DNA from: Elusimicrobiota bacterium
GTDB lineage: Bacteria > Elusimicrobiota > Elusimicrobia > UBA1565 > UBA9628
DNA length: 64,000 nt
Direction of reading: 5' to 3'
NCBI GenBank assembly: GCA_027371715.1
Contig: DAHXMM010000021.1
Coordinates: 18,923 to 82,922 of the forward strand
The notes below the pieces were generated by a model. The model ran no database searches. It was given only the letters and a program-made list of their open reading frames with translations, and had not been told where the DNA came from. This document shows, in pieces, positions 18,320-27,762 of the stretch (positions within the stretch are counted from its first letter, which is position 1; the number at the start of each line of letters is the position of its first letter). A program made the translations under genes and the position numbers.

Positions 18320-19057
18320 TTAGGATTGAACACCGGCTTCGCTAAAAACCCCGTCCTGCATATGAAAAACCCGGAACGCCTTGAGCGCGGCTTCTTCATT
18401 GTGCGTCACTAAAACCACCGCAGTCAAACGCTGGCGGGCCAAGGCCTCCAAATCTTTAAATACCATTTCTCCGTTGGCCTTGTCGAGGTTTCCCGTCGGC
18501 TCATCAGCAAGAATAATGTCCGGCTGGTTCATCAAAGCCCGGCAAAGAGCGGCCCGTTGGCGTTCCCCGCCCGAAACCTGGGAAGGATAACGCTCGGCAA
18601 TTTGAGCGAGTCTCAAATGCCCTAACAAATCCAAGGCTCGCTTTCTTGCCTCGGAATAAGACGCTTTTTGGGCGCGGGTGGAGATCAAGGCGGGAAACAA
18701 AATATTTTCGAGAATCGTAAATTCAGAGAGAAGGGCGTCGAATTGAAAAACAAAGCCCAGTTTTTCATTTCGCAATAAGGCGCGCGCTTCTTCTTTTAAA
18801 GCGAGGGTCTTTTTTCCGGCAATGAAGACTTCTCCCGAGTCCGGCTGATCCATCAGTCCCAACATATTGAGAAGGGTTGATTTCCCCGATCCGCTGGGAC
18901 CTAGAATGGCGACAAATTCCCCGGGTTTCACGGCAAAAGAGACGTCTTTCAAAGCCACGACGGAATTTTCGCCTTTCCCGTAGGATTTTCTTAAATTTCG
19001 CGCTTCTAAAACGTAAGACGGGGCATTATCCATAGTGAATGGCCTCAACCGGCTCAA
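18320..19057 (-). CDS. lolD: lipoprotein-release-type ABC transporter ATP-binding protein
   Basis: Walker A GPSGSGKST, ABC signature LSGGERQRAALCRAL, Walker B ILADEPTGNLD. Lies directly downstream of an FtsX-type permease. An alternative start at 19033 is possible. Confidence 0.7.
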   Translation of the reverse strand: MSRLRPFTMDNAPSYVLEARNLRKSYGKGENSVVALKDVSFAVKPGEFVAILGPSGSGKSTLLNMLGLMDQPDSGEVFIAGKKTLALKEEARALLRNEKLGFVFQFDALLSEFTILENILFPALISTRAQKASYSEARKRALDLLGHLRLAQIAERYPSQVSGGERQRAALCRALMNQPDIILADEPTGNLDKANGEMVFKDLEALARQRLTAVVLVTHNEEAALKAFRVFHMQDGVFSEAGVQS

Positions 19058-20258
19058 CCAAGGACGCTTTTCGTGCGGGATATAAAGTCGCTAAAACCGC
19101 AAGAAGCAGCCCCACGACAGAAACCGCCATCACGTCGGCCGTTTGAATATCCACCGGGACGCGCGAGAGATAATAAATATCCGAAGGAAGACGGACAATC
19201 GGATAATGGACGATGACGTAGCAAAGCGTAAAACCCAGCAACAGCCCCATCAAAAGACCGAAGCCGCCGATGATGAGACCCTCGGCCAAAAAGATTCGAC
19301 GAATCTGTTTAGGGGTCGCGCCCATCGCCTTTAAAATTCCGATATCCCGGGTTTTTTCAACGCTGTGGACAATCAAGGTCGAGGCGATATTGAGACTCGC
19401 CACCAAAATAATTAAAACCAAGATCAAAAACATGACGAATTTCTCGAGTTTCAAGGCGGAAAAAAGGGTCTGGTTCATCTGGGCGTAGGTGCGAACCACC
19501 GCGCCAAAACCAAGCTTTTGCCGCAACTCATCCGCCACTTGAGAGACCAAGGAAATATTTTTGAGCCGAACCTCAAGGCCCGTCGCCTGAGTCTTAAGAC
19601 CGAAAAAGGCGGCGGCGGCAGGAATATTGGTGTAGGCCGTCATCGAATCGTATTCATAATAGCCGGTGTGCAAAAGACCCAAGACTTTGAATTTTTGCAT
19701 CTTGGGGACTAGCCCGATGGCGGTCGCCATTTCTTTCGGAGAAACAAGAACCACTTCATCTCCCACCCATGCACCGACGTTTCGAGCCAATTCTTCTCCC
19801 AAAACAATTCCAGGAATTTTCCCGTTTTTGTCCAAGTCTTTCCAGGATCCCTCGCGCAATTTTTTGCCTAAATTGTTGACCTTAAACTCGCTAGAGGGTT
19901 CGAGACCTTTTAAAATAATCCCCGAGGTATTGTGATCGTAGGTCAAAATAGCTTGCCCAATCACAAAGGGCGCCGTCGCTTGGACATTCGGGTTGGAAAG
20001 AACTATTTTCTTAAATCCTTCGATATCCGCCGATTGTCCCAAGCCGTAGACGGTCATGTGCGCCTGGGCGCCGATAATTTTTTTCTCGATGTCGGTTTGA
20101 AAGCCGTTCATGACGGATAAGGTCGTAATCAAGGCCGCGACGCCCACGCAAACGCCCAAGATTCCAATCAAGGCCGTCGCTCCGGCAAAAAGGCCTTTGC
20201 GTTTAGCTTTGAGATACCGCAAGGCCACAAAAAGCTCAAACGGAAGAATTCGAGTCAC
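19026..20258 (-). CDS. lolE: LolC/E-family (FtsX-like) ABC transporter permease
   Basis: 410 aa with an N-terminal TM helix, a large periplasmic domain and three C-terminal TM helices, as in the LolE/MacB family. Confidence 0.65.
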   Translation of the reverse strand: MTRILPFELFVALRYLKAKRKGLFAGATALIGILGVCVGVAALITTLSVMNGFQTDIEKKIIGAQAHMTVYGLGQSADIEGFKKIVLSNPNVQATAPFVIGQAILTYDHNTSGIILKGLEPSSEFKVNNLGKKLREGSWKDLDKNGKIPGIVLGEELARNVGAWVGDEVVLVSPKEMATAIGLVPKMQKFKVLGLLHTGYYEYDSMTAYTNIPAAAAFFGLKTQATGLEVRLKNISLVSQVADELRQKLGFGAVVRTYAQMNQTLFSALKLEKFVMFLILVLIILVASLNIASTLIVHSVEKTRDIGILKAMGATPKQIRRIFLAEGLIIGGFGLLMGLLLGFTLCYVIVHYPIVRLPSDIYYLSRVPVDIQTADVMAVSVVGLLLAVLATLYPARKASLVEPVEAIHYG

Positions 20259-21805
20259 TGGCCCCCGTCGGGATCGACGCTCGGTTTAAGGGTGGGAAAG
20301 AAAATGACGTCTCGAATGGAGCTTTGACCGGTAAAGAGCATGACCAAGCGGTCAATTCCAATCCCGATTCCGCCGGTCGGCGGCATTCCGGCCTCCATGG
20401 CCTCGACAAATTCGGCGTCCAAAATATCCGCCTCGTCGTTTCCCTCGTCTTTCTTCTGACGCGCCTGTTCTTTGAGGCGCTCGACTTGATCGAGAGGATC
20501 GTTCAACTCGCTATAGGCGTTTGAAATTTCCTGACCGGCGGCAAAACATTCAAAGCGCTGCACCAAGGACTCAGTTCCAGCTTTCAGTTTGGCCAAGGGG
20601 GTTACCGCCGTCGGATAATCGAAGACGAAAGTCAGCCCCTCGAAATGATTGAGGATATGCAAATCCATGATGCGGTCGAAAATCTTGGCGCTGGAAACTC
20701 CGTCTCCAGCGGGAACGCGAAGGCGATGGGCCAAATCCAAAAGGGCCGCGGAATTAAAGCGCTTGCCGTCCAACACCTTCTCGATTTTTTCGCCGCAGAA
20801 TTTCTCCCAAGCCTCCGGCAGATAAACCCTCGCGAAAGGGGGTTTAAGCGAAATCTTTTTGCCGTTGAATTCAACCTCATGAATGCCCGTCGCCTCGGCG
20901 CAAGCCTCAACCAAGCGCTCGAAAAGAGCGGCCATGCCTTGGTAATCCGAATAAGCTTCGTAGGCCTCGATCATCGTAAACTCGGGGTTATGCCGGGTGT
21001 CGATTCCCTCATTTCTAAAAACCCGGCCGATTTCGTACACTTTGTCAAAACCGCCGATGATCAGGCGTTTTAAATAAAGTTCGGTCGCGATGCGCAGGAC
21101 CATGTCGGATTCAAGGGCGTTGTGATGGGTCTCAAAGGGTTTGGCCGAGGCCCCGCCCGCCTCAGACAAAAGAACCGGGGTTTCAACCTCGATAAAACCA
21201 AGGGAATCCAATGTCTTTCTAATCGTGGAAATAATGCGGCTCCTCAAAACGAAAACGCGGCGGGTTTCCTCGGAAGAAATCAAATCCAAATGACGCTGGC
21301 GATATCTGAGCTCGACATCCTTAAGTCCGTGCCATTTTTCCGGCAAGGGGCGAAGGGCTTTGGCCAGTAAAACAGCGTGGCTAGCCGCAATCGTCGGTTC
21401 GCCCGTCTTAGTTTTAAACATAGCCCCGGAGACAGAAATAAAATCCCCGGCATGGACGTCTCTTTTAATGAGCTCAAATTCCTGTTCCTTCATCGCGTCT
21501 TTCTTAAAATAAACCTGAATTTTCCCGCTTAAGTCTTCAAGATGGGCGAAAAGACTTTTCCCCATATCCCTAAGGCTCACCACCCGTCCAGCCGCGGCGA
21601 CTGTTTCCGAACCATGTTCGCCGACGGAAAGATTTTGAGCCAGGTTAAAAGCCTCAAGGCAAGAATGCGTTTTTTGAGACTGGTCCGGATAGGGCTCGAT
21701 ACCGCGCGAACGCAAGTCCAGAACCTTGGCGATTTTCTGAGCTCGAATTTCCTCCAAGCCCCCGGAAAGAGGAACAGCCCCCTTAGCTTCCACTGGATGA
21801 GTCAT
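20255..21805 (-). CDS. lysS: lysine--tRNA ligase (class II)
   Basis: Class II aaRS motifs including GGIGIGIDRLVMLFTGQSSIRDVIFFPTLK. N-terminal OB anticodon-binding region. Confidence 0.9.
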   Translation of the reverse strand: MTHPVEAKGAVPLSGGLEEIRAQKIAKVLDLRSRGIEPYPDQSQKTHSCLEAFNLAQNLSVGEHGSETVAAAGRVVSLRDMGKSLFAHLEDLSGKIQVYFKKDAMKEQEFELIKRDVHAGDFISVSGAMFKTKTGEPTIAASHAVLLAKALRPLPEKWHGLKDVELRYRQRHLDLISSEETRRVFVLRSRIISTIRKTLDSLGFIEVETPVLLSEAGGASAKPFETHHNALESDMVLRIATELYLKRLIIGGFDKVYEIGRVFRNEGIDTRHNPEFTMIEAYEAYSDYQGMAALFERLVEACAEATGIHEVEFNGKKISLKPPFARVYLPEAWEKFCGEKIEKVLDGKRFNSAALLDLAHRLRVPAGDGVSSAKIFDRIMDLHILNHFEGLTFVFDYPTAVTPLAKLKAGTESLVQRFECFAAGQEISNAYSELNDPLDQVERLKEQARQKKDEGNDEADILDAEFVEAMEAGMPPTGGIGIGIDRLVMLFTGQSSIRDVIFFPTLKPSVDPDGGQ

Positions 21806-21806
21806 T

Positions 21807-22211
21807 CTATTTTTTTCCAGTTAAAAGGTTGACAATTAAATCTTTTAAGACCTTCGGGTTAAAAGGCTTTTGAACATAGGCCGCGACATTGGGCGCCATT
21901 TCAAAAAGCTCGCGCATTTTTTGGCCCTTGGCCGTCAAAATGACGATCGGAATCTTGGCCGTTCTCGGATCGGCCTGGAGTTTGGCGTTCAAGGCGTATC
22001 CGTCCATCACCGGCATCATGATGTCTAAAATCACGATGTCCGGCAAAACGACGTTTAAGTCCGCAGGCTCAATGCCGAAATATTTCAAGGCCAGCTGGCC
22101 ATTCGCGGCGTCTGAGACCTCAAAGCCTGATTTTTCCAGAAACGCCTTAAGAAGCGTCACGATTTCCGGTTCATCATCTACAATCAAAACCCGCGGTTTT
22201 TTTTCGCTCAT
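21807..22211 (-). CDS. stand-alone response-regulator receiver domain protein (CheY-like)
   Basis: VLIVDDE...DIVILDIMMPVMDGY...ILTAKG: phospho-acceptor Asp and conserved Lys of REC domains. No output domain. Confidence 0.75.
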   Translation of the reverse strand: MSEKKPRVLIVDDEPEIVTLLKAFLEKSGFEVSDAANGQLALKYFGIEPADLNVVLPDIVILDIMMPVMDGYALNAKLQADPRTAKIPIVILTAKGQKMRELFEMAPNVAAYVQKPFNPKVLKDLIVNLLTGKK

Positions 22212-22603
22212 TTTTTACGCTCCAGAATCTGCGCGATGACTTGCCTGAGTTTTTGAATATCAAAAGGTTTGTTGACATACGCGGCGACGTTGGCCCGGTC
22301 GAAAAGCTCCCGCATTTCGCCCTTGGCCGTCAAAACAATCACGGGAATTGAGCGGGTTGACTCCATTTCCTGGAGTTTTGTGCAAACGGAATAACCGTCC
22401 ATCACCGGCATCATAACGTCCAGCAAAATCAAATCGGGAATAAATTGAAGAGCTTCTGTTTTCTTGTTGAGGTCAACCCCCATCTTACCCAAAGCTTCAA
22501 GCCCGTTATAGGCTTCCGTCACCTTGTGCCCGTCTTTTTCAAGGAGAAATTTGAGCAAGGTGACGACGTCTTTCTCATCTTCTACGACCATGATATTAGC
22601 CAT
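22208..22603 (-). CDS. stand-alone response-regulator receiver domain protein (CheY-like), paralogue of 21807-22211
   Basis: IMVVEDE...DLILLDVMMPVMDGY...VLTAKG. Overlaps the downstream paralogue by 4 nt. Confidence 0.75.
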   Translation of the reverse strand: MANIMVVEDEKDVVTLLKFLLEKDGHKVTEAYNGLEALGKMGVDLNKKTEALQFIPDLILLDVMMPVMDGYSVCTKLQEMESTRSIPVIVLTAKGEMRELFDRANVAAYVNKPFDIQKLRQVIAQILERKK

Positions 22604-22648
22604 AGGGGGATTTTAACATTTTTTGCGCGGGCTCAATGAGAATTCCGG

Positions 22649-24061
22649 TCAACGATCGGAAATAAAGATGTTCTTAATCTCGGCGTATTTCTCCAAGGCC
22701 CTCATGCCGAGGTCCCGCCCGAGGCCGGATTTCTTAAATCCCCCGAACGGCGCTTCTAAATGGACGCTGTGGGAACTGTTGACGGAGACGACCCCGCTCT
22801 TGACCGCCCGCGACACGCGCAGAGCTCTGCCGATGTCGCGCGTCCAGATCGAGGCCGACAACCCGTAGTCCGAATCATTGGCCAAGCGCACGGCTTCTTC
22901 CTCGTCCTCAAAGGGAATCACCGACAAGACCGGACCAAAAATCTCTTCTCGCACCATCCGCATTCCGGGCTTGGCGCGGGAAACAACCGTCGGCCGGAAA
23001 TAAAAGCCCTTCTTAAGGGATGAATCCTCCGGCGCTTTCCCGCCGCATAAAAGCTCGGCTCCCTCCTCGATGCCGGAAGCGACGTAATCCGCGACCTTTC
23101 GCCGCTGAGCCTCGGAGATCAAGGGGCCGATCTCGGTTTTGGGATCCAAGGGATCGCCGACGCGCATTTTTTCGGCGACGCGGACCAAGGCTTTAAGATA
23201 GCGGTCATAAATCCCCTTTTGAACGAAGGCTCTCGATCGCGCGCAACAGTCTTGTCCGGCGTTCGAGAAAACGGCCGCGGCCGAACGCTCGACGCAGAGA
23301 TCGAGCTCCGCGTCGTCAAAGATGATGTTCGGCGATTTCCCGCCCAGCTCCAAGGACACGCGCTTGACCAAGGGCGCCGCCATGGCCATGATGGAGCTTC
23401 CGGTCTTAGTCGATCCGGTAAACGAGATGTTGGGAATGCGCGGGTGTTCGACTATCGCGCGTCCGGCGGCATTTTGGGAATCAGTGAGCACGTCCAAGGT
23501 TCCCTTTGGAATTGCGGCTTCCACCGCCAATTCCGCGAGCCTTAAAGCCGTCAGCGGCGTGTAAGGCGAAGGCTTAAGTATCGCGGCGTTTCCCGCGGCC
23601 AAGGCCGGAGCGAATTTCCATGCGGCAATCATCATCGGATAATTCCAGGGAACAATCAGGCCGCAAATTCCGACCGGCTCATAAACGGTGAAATCAATCC
23701 CGCGATCGGAGACGGGAATCGTCTCGCCGAAATGTTTCTGGACCGCCCCCGCGTAATACTCGATTGTATCGGCCGCGGCATCGGCCTCATCCAAGGAATC
23801 CCGCAGCGGTTTCCCCGCGTTCGAGGTTTCCATCGCGGCCAAATGCTCGCGGTTTTTTCGGACCAAATTGGCGAAATCAAAGAGTTTGCGCGCGCGTTCC
23901 TTGGGCAAAAGGCGCGACCAAATCTCAAACGCTTTTTGCGCCGACTGGACTGCCCGGTCCACCTCGGGCGCGCCGCAGTCCGCGACCTCGGACAATATCT
24001 CGCCGGTCGCGGGATTAAAAACCGGGAACTTGGCTGAAACGCTCGTGGAAAGTTGGCTCAT
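22649..24061 (-). CDS. NAD(P)-dependent aldehyde dehydrogenase
   Basis: ALDH family blocks [10 protein letters not shown] and catalytic [10 protein letters not shown]. Confidence 0.85.
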   Translation of the reverse strand: MSQLSTSVSAKFPVFNPATGEILSEVADCGAPEVDRAVQSAQKAFEIWSRLLPKERARKLFDFANLVRKNREHLAAMETSNAGKPLRDSLDEADAAADTIEYYAGAVQKHFGETIPVSDRGIDFTVYEPVGICGLIVPWNYPMMIAAWKFAPALAAGNAAILKPSPYTPLTALRLAELAVEAAIPKGTLDVLTDSQNAAGRAIVEHPRIPNISFTGSTKTGSSIMAMAAPLVKRVSLELGGKSPNIIFDDAELDLCVERSAAAVFSNAGQDCCARSRAFVQKGIYDRYLKALVRVAEKMRVGDPLDPKTEIGPLISEAQRRKVADYVASGIEEGAELLCGGKAPEDSSLKKGFYFRPTVVSRAKPGMRMVREEIFGPVLSVIPFEDEEEAVRLANDSDYGLSASIWTRDIGRALRVSRAVKSGVVSVNSSHSVHLEAPFGGFKKSGLGRDLGMRALEKYAEIKNIFISDR

Positions 24062-24070
24062 GGAATCTCC

Positions 24071-24850
24071 CTAAAAATAATTCGACGTGATGCCGCCATC
24101 AACGACAAGAGACGCGCCGTTGGTCCAGCTCGACTCATCGGATGCGAGATAGAGGGCCAAGAAAGCGATGTCCTCGGGCTTGCCGAATCGTCCCATGGGA
24201 ATGCGGTTCAAGCGCTTGGCTTTTTCCGCCGGTTCCTTGAACAGCCAGTCCATGAGAAGCGGCGTCTCGATCGGACCCGGACAGATGGCATTGGAGCGGA
24301 CTTTCTTGGGACCGAACTGCACCGCCAAGGATTTTGTCAGCGCGATGACCCCGCCCTTGGATGAGGTGTAGGCGTCTTGCGGGACGCTGCAGCCGACCAA
24401 GGCGACAAAAGAGGCGATGTTGATGACGGAGCCGCCGCCGGCTTTCACGATCTCGGGAATCCCGTATTTGCAGCCGAGATACACCCCCTTCAAATTGATT
24501 TGATAAACCAAGTCCCAGATGTCGGAATCGGTGTCAATGACGGAATGATCCTTCTCCGGGAAAATCCCCGCGTTGTTATAGAGAACATGAAGCCCGCCGA
24601 AGGCCTTGACCGCGGAAGCGACCATGCCTTGAGCGTCCCCCTCTTTCGAGACGTCAGCCTTGACGGCGATGGCTTTCCCTCCGCGCTTGAGTATCCCCTG
24701 CGCGACTGTTTCCGCCTCCGAGACGCGGACATCGGCGAGAACAACGCGCGCGCCTTCCGCGGCGAATAATTCCGCGGCCGTCCGTCCCATTCCCGAACCC
24801 GCTCCCGTAATCAAGCACGTCTTTGCCTCTAGTCTTCCCTTTCGTTCCAT
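24071..24850 (-). CDS. short-chain dehydrogenase/reductase (SDR)
   Basis: TGAGSGMG Rossmann motif and YTSSK catalytic Tyr/Lys. Confidence 0.85.
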   Translation of the reverse strand: MERKGRLEAKTCLITGAGSGMGRTAAELFAAEGARVVLADVRVSEAETVAQGILKRGGKAIAVKADVSKEGDAQGMVASAVKAFGGLHVLYNNAGIFPEKDHSVIDTDSDIWDLVYQINLKGVYLGCKYGIPEIVKAGGGSVINIASFVALVGCSVPQDAYTSSKGGVIALTKSLAVQFGPKKVRSNAICPGPIETPLLMDWLFKEPAEKAKRLNRIPMGRFGKPEDIAFLALYLASDESSWTNGASLVVDGGITSNYF

Positions 24851-24858
24851 AAACTCTC

Positions 24859-26232
24859 CTATATCCTTTCAAAATAGCGCGACAATTCCCAGCAGGTGAC
24901 CGCTCCGTCGAAGCTTTTCTGTTCCATCCGCGCCGCGTGCAGGTAATGGCGATGGACGTCCGCGCCGAAAGCCGCGAGCGCGGCCGCAGAGCGCTCCCAG
25001 CAGTCCGCCGCCGCGGCAAGAGACTTGGGAACCTCCGGGAGATCCGAGGCGTGATAAGCGTCGCCGTGAAATTCCGGCGCCAGCTTTAATTTCTTTTCCA
25101 TACCGTAAAGGGCGGAGGCGATAGCCGCGGCGAAAGCCAAGTAGGGGTTGGCATCGGCGCCCGGAATCCGGTTCTCGATCCGGAGGCTGGATTTTTCTCC
25201 CACGACGCGAAAGCCGCAGGTCCGGTTGTCTCTCGCCCACGCGATTTTCGTCGGGGCGAATGTCGTCGCCTGATAGCGTTTGTAGGAATTGATCGTCGGA
25301 GCGAAAAAAATCGAGAAGTCGCGCGCCAAAGCCATCTGTCCCGCCAAGGCCTGCTCGAAAAGCCGGGTGGGAGCCGCCGCGCGCGCGTCCCAGAACATGT
25401 TTTTTTTAACTTTAGCGTCCCACAAGCTTGAATGCAAATGGAAGCTGGATCCCGCGGATTTAGAATCGGGTTTGGCCATGTAGGTGACAGACGCTTCTTT
25501 TTGGATCGCGATTTCTTTCGCGCCATGTTTATAGATCGTGTGCCGATCGGCCATTTCGAGGGGATGAGCATAGCGCAAATTGATTTCCTGCTGGCCGAAG
25601 CCCCACTCGCCCTTCGAGCACTCGACGGGAACGCCGGCCGCCTCCATCTGATTGCGAATCTCGCGGACGAGAAACTCTTCCTTGGCGCCCTGGAGAATGT
25701 GATAGTCCTCGATGTAGGAGCCAATGGGTTCGAGCTGGTGGTAATTTTTCCGCCGCGCCCCATCGAAGGAATCCTTGAAAATATAGAACTCAAGCTCGGA
25801 GGCCGTCTGGAAAGAATACCCCATTTTCTCGGCGCGCGCAATCTGGCGCTTCAAAATTTGCCTGGGAGACGCCTCGACGGGACCTCCGTCCTCGAGCTCG
25901 AGATCGCAAATGACCAAGGCGGTCTTCGGCTCCCACGGCAAGAGCCGCAAGGTCGAGAGATCAGGGAGCATCTTAAAATCGCCGTAACCCTTCTCCCAGC
26001 TCGTGAGTTCATAGCCCTGAACGGGCTCCATTTCCATGTCAACGGTCAAAAGATACGCGCAGGCATGCGCGCCATGCCCCGCCACGGAGTCAAGAAAGAA
26101 GCGCCCGGTCACGCGCTTTCCCATCCAGCGCCCCAGCATATCCGGAAAAACCGCGAGCACGGTATCGACCTCATCGCGGTGGATGAGGGAACGGAGTTCT
26201 TGAAGAGACAATGTCCGGCGTGTCTGCTGCAT
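24859..26232 (-). CDS. glutamine-synthetase-family gamma-glutamyl-amine ligase (GlnA/PuuA-like)
   Basis: 457 aa with the GS catalytic-domain architecture and similarity to gamma-glutamylputrescine/ethanolamide synthetases (ELEFYIF..., C-terminal ...NRIPGADANPYLAFAAAIA). Confidence 0.65.
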   Translation of the reverse strand: MQQTRRTLSLQELRSLIHRDEVDTVLAVFPDMLGRWMGKRVTGRFFLDSVAGHGAHACAYLLTVDMEMEPVQGYELTSWEKGYGDFKMLPDLSTLRLLPWEPKTALVICDLELEDGGPVEASPRQILKRQIARAEKMGYSFQTASELEFYIFKDSFDGARRKNYHQLEPIGSYIEDYHILQGAKEEFLVREIRNQMEAAGVPVECSKGEWGFGQQEINLRYAHPLEMADRHTIYKHGAKEIAIQKEASVTYMAKPDSKSAGSSFHLHSSLWDAKVKKNMFWDARAAAPTRLFEQALAGQMALARDFSIFFAPTINSYKRYQATTFAPTKIAWARDNRTCGFRVVGEKSSLRIENRIPGADANPYLAFAAAIASALYGMEKKLKLAPEFHGDAYHASDLPEVPKSLAAAADCWERSAAALAAFGADVHRHYLHAARMEQKSFDGAVTCWELSRYFERI

Positions 26233-26289
26233 TTTTAAATTTCCTCCGTCATCCGAATGAGATATTCTGGATTAGTTGCCGCTAGTCGG

Positions 26290-26345
26290 TCAATCATTCT
26301 CAAAATGCCGCCTAATCATTCTATCTATCCCCAATGATTCTTCCA
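26290..26345. promoter_or_regulatory. array of three AGAATsATT sites spaced about 20-22 bp apart, upstream of the GS-like ligase gene
   Basis: aatcattct at 26293-26301 and 26314-26322, plus an inverted aatgattct at 26333-26341 (this third site lies within the last codons of the Ntn-hydrolase gene). A GGAGG RBS precedes the ATG at 26232. Confidence 0.3.
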
Positions 26346-27178
26346 TTCTGAAAGGAATAATTTTTTCTTGAGAAATCAAGCCGGCCCTCCGAGATACTCG
26401 CCGAGATGATTTCAGGGTCCGCGCACAAATCCCAGCGGCCGCGATCGAGTCCCTCGCTCGCGATGATAAGCGCATTTCCGCGGCGCGAGAAATTGAGGGT
26501 GTACCAAGGCTGGCGGGAATTGGAAAGAGCCTCATTGGGCGTTGGGACAAACACCGAGTGACAAAAAGCGTAAAGCGCGTTTTCCCTGGCGGCCACGGCG
26601 TTGAGGCTGGTGTAAGGCGCGCTTTTCTCGGGATATCGATGCGCGCAATCTTTCCAAAGGTCCCACAGTTCCTCGACGCAAAGCTCAAAGGCGGCGGCGG
26701 GATTTCCGGTTTTGGAGAGGAATTTGAAAAATTGCCAGAAATAAACCTCGCTGTCATTAAGGGACTTGACGCGCTTTTTGAGCGGCCCCAACCGCGAAGC
26801 GACTTCATCGGGAATTTCAACGGTTCCGTTGTGCGCGAATATCCATTCCCCGTTCTCGAAGGGCTGCGTATTTTCCGCGCTTAAGAGGAGCTTTTCGGGA
26901 ATTTTCCTGGGGTTGGACGCGGCTCGGATATGCCCAATGGTCACTTTGGAAACCGCACGCTCTGATGCCGCGGCAACGGCCGCGGGCTCCTCATAAGCCG
27001 GGCGCGGACTTTTGATAACCACGGGACGCGAGCCGTTGAAATAGCCGATTCCCCAGCCGTCTTTTTGCAGCCGGTCGGCCTTGAGTCCGCTTTGTTTGAG
27101 AAGGGAGAATTCCGAATGAACGATGAATTCATCGGCCCTTTCCGGCTGAGTCGAAATTTGAGCGAGGAAACGGCACAT
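26321..27178 (-). CDS. class II glutamine amidotransferase-like Ntn amidohydrolase (YafJ type)
   Basis: Begins MC... (nucleophilic Cys2 of Ntn hydrolases). ...DGWGIGYF... block typical of class II GATase domains. Confidence 0.6.
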   Translation of the reverse strand: MCRFLAQISTQPERADEFIVHSEFSLLKQSGLKADRLQKDGWGIGYFNGSRPVVIKSPRPAYEEPAAVAAASERAVSKVTIGHIRAASNPRKIPEKLLLSAENTQPFENGEWIFAHNGTVEIPDEVASRLGPLKKRVKSLNDSEVYFWQFFKFLSKTGNPAAAFELCVEELWDLWKDCAHRYPEKSAPYTSLNAVAARENALYAFCHSVFVPTPNEALSNSRQPWYTLNFSRRGNALIIASEGLDRGRWDLCADPEIISASISEGRLDFSRKNYSFQNGRIIGDR

Positions 27179-27246
27179 GCTTTAATTTAAACAAATTCAA
27201 GGCCGGTCAATTCCGCGACAACGCCCGAATTTGTCAGAATACCTAT

Positions 27247-27732
27247 GTGGCTGAGAAAAAAACCGAAGCGGACAAAAGCAAAATCAGCGTCGCCCTGAAC
27301 CGAAAGGCGCGGATGCTCTATGAGATTTTCGACACCTTCGAGGCGGGGCTTCTTCTCAACGGAGGCGAAGTCAAATCTTTGAGATCGGGACGCATTTCCT
27401 TGGACGGTTGTTTCGGGCAATCGAATGACGGTGAGCTTTATCTTTTTAATCTCCATATCCCCCATTATAGTTTTGACTCCAACGCCCCCACCGATCCGCG
27501 AAGGTCGCGGAAACTTCTTTTGCATAAAGCAGAAATACGAAAAATATTAACCCAGATTGACGCTAAGGGAATGACCCTGGTGCCGCTTGAGATTTATTTC
27601 AAGCGCGGCTGGGCCAAGGTGAGTCTGGGAATCGCGCGCGGAAAAAAAGGCCCCGACCGCCGGGAAGAACTCCACAAAAAAGCGCTCACACGCGAAGCCG
27701 AAAAGAGCTTTAAAGGAAAGTTCCGGGCTTGA
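27247..27732 (+). CDS. smpB: SsrA-binding protein
   Basis: Conserved SmpB blocks: NRKARMLYEI, GGEVKSLR and the C-terminal basic tail KRGWAKVSLGIARGKK. Confidence 0.85.
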   Translation: MAEKKTEADKSKISVALNRKARMLYEIFDTFEAGLLLNGGEVKSLRSGRISLDGCFGQSNDGELYLFNLHIPHYSFDSNAPTDPRRSRKLLLHKAEIRKILTQIDAKGMTLVPLEIYFKRGWAKVSLGIARGKKGPDRREELHKKALTREAEKSFKGKFRA

Positions 27733-27762
27733 ATCGCTAGAAAAAAGACAGTCTTCCTTTCC

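Noticed and set aside
24869-26238. Long ORFs antisense to, or frame-shifted within, the GS-like ligase/SDR region (e.g. 25086-25841 at 251 aa, 25432-26238 at 268 aa, 24869-25240, 24654-25019)
   Set aside because: Their products are Arg/Pro/Ala-rich and of low complexity, and they lie entirely inside well-supported genes on the other strand or frame. They are typical shadow ORFs in high-GC DNA.
27187-27525. 112-aa minus-strand ORF opposite smpB
   Set aside because: It is entirely antisense to the well-conserved smpB gene and has no recognisable features. I also searched for a tmRNA (ssrA) gene near smpB and did not find one in this window.
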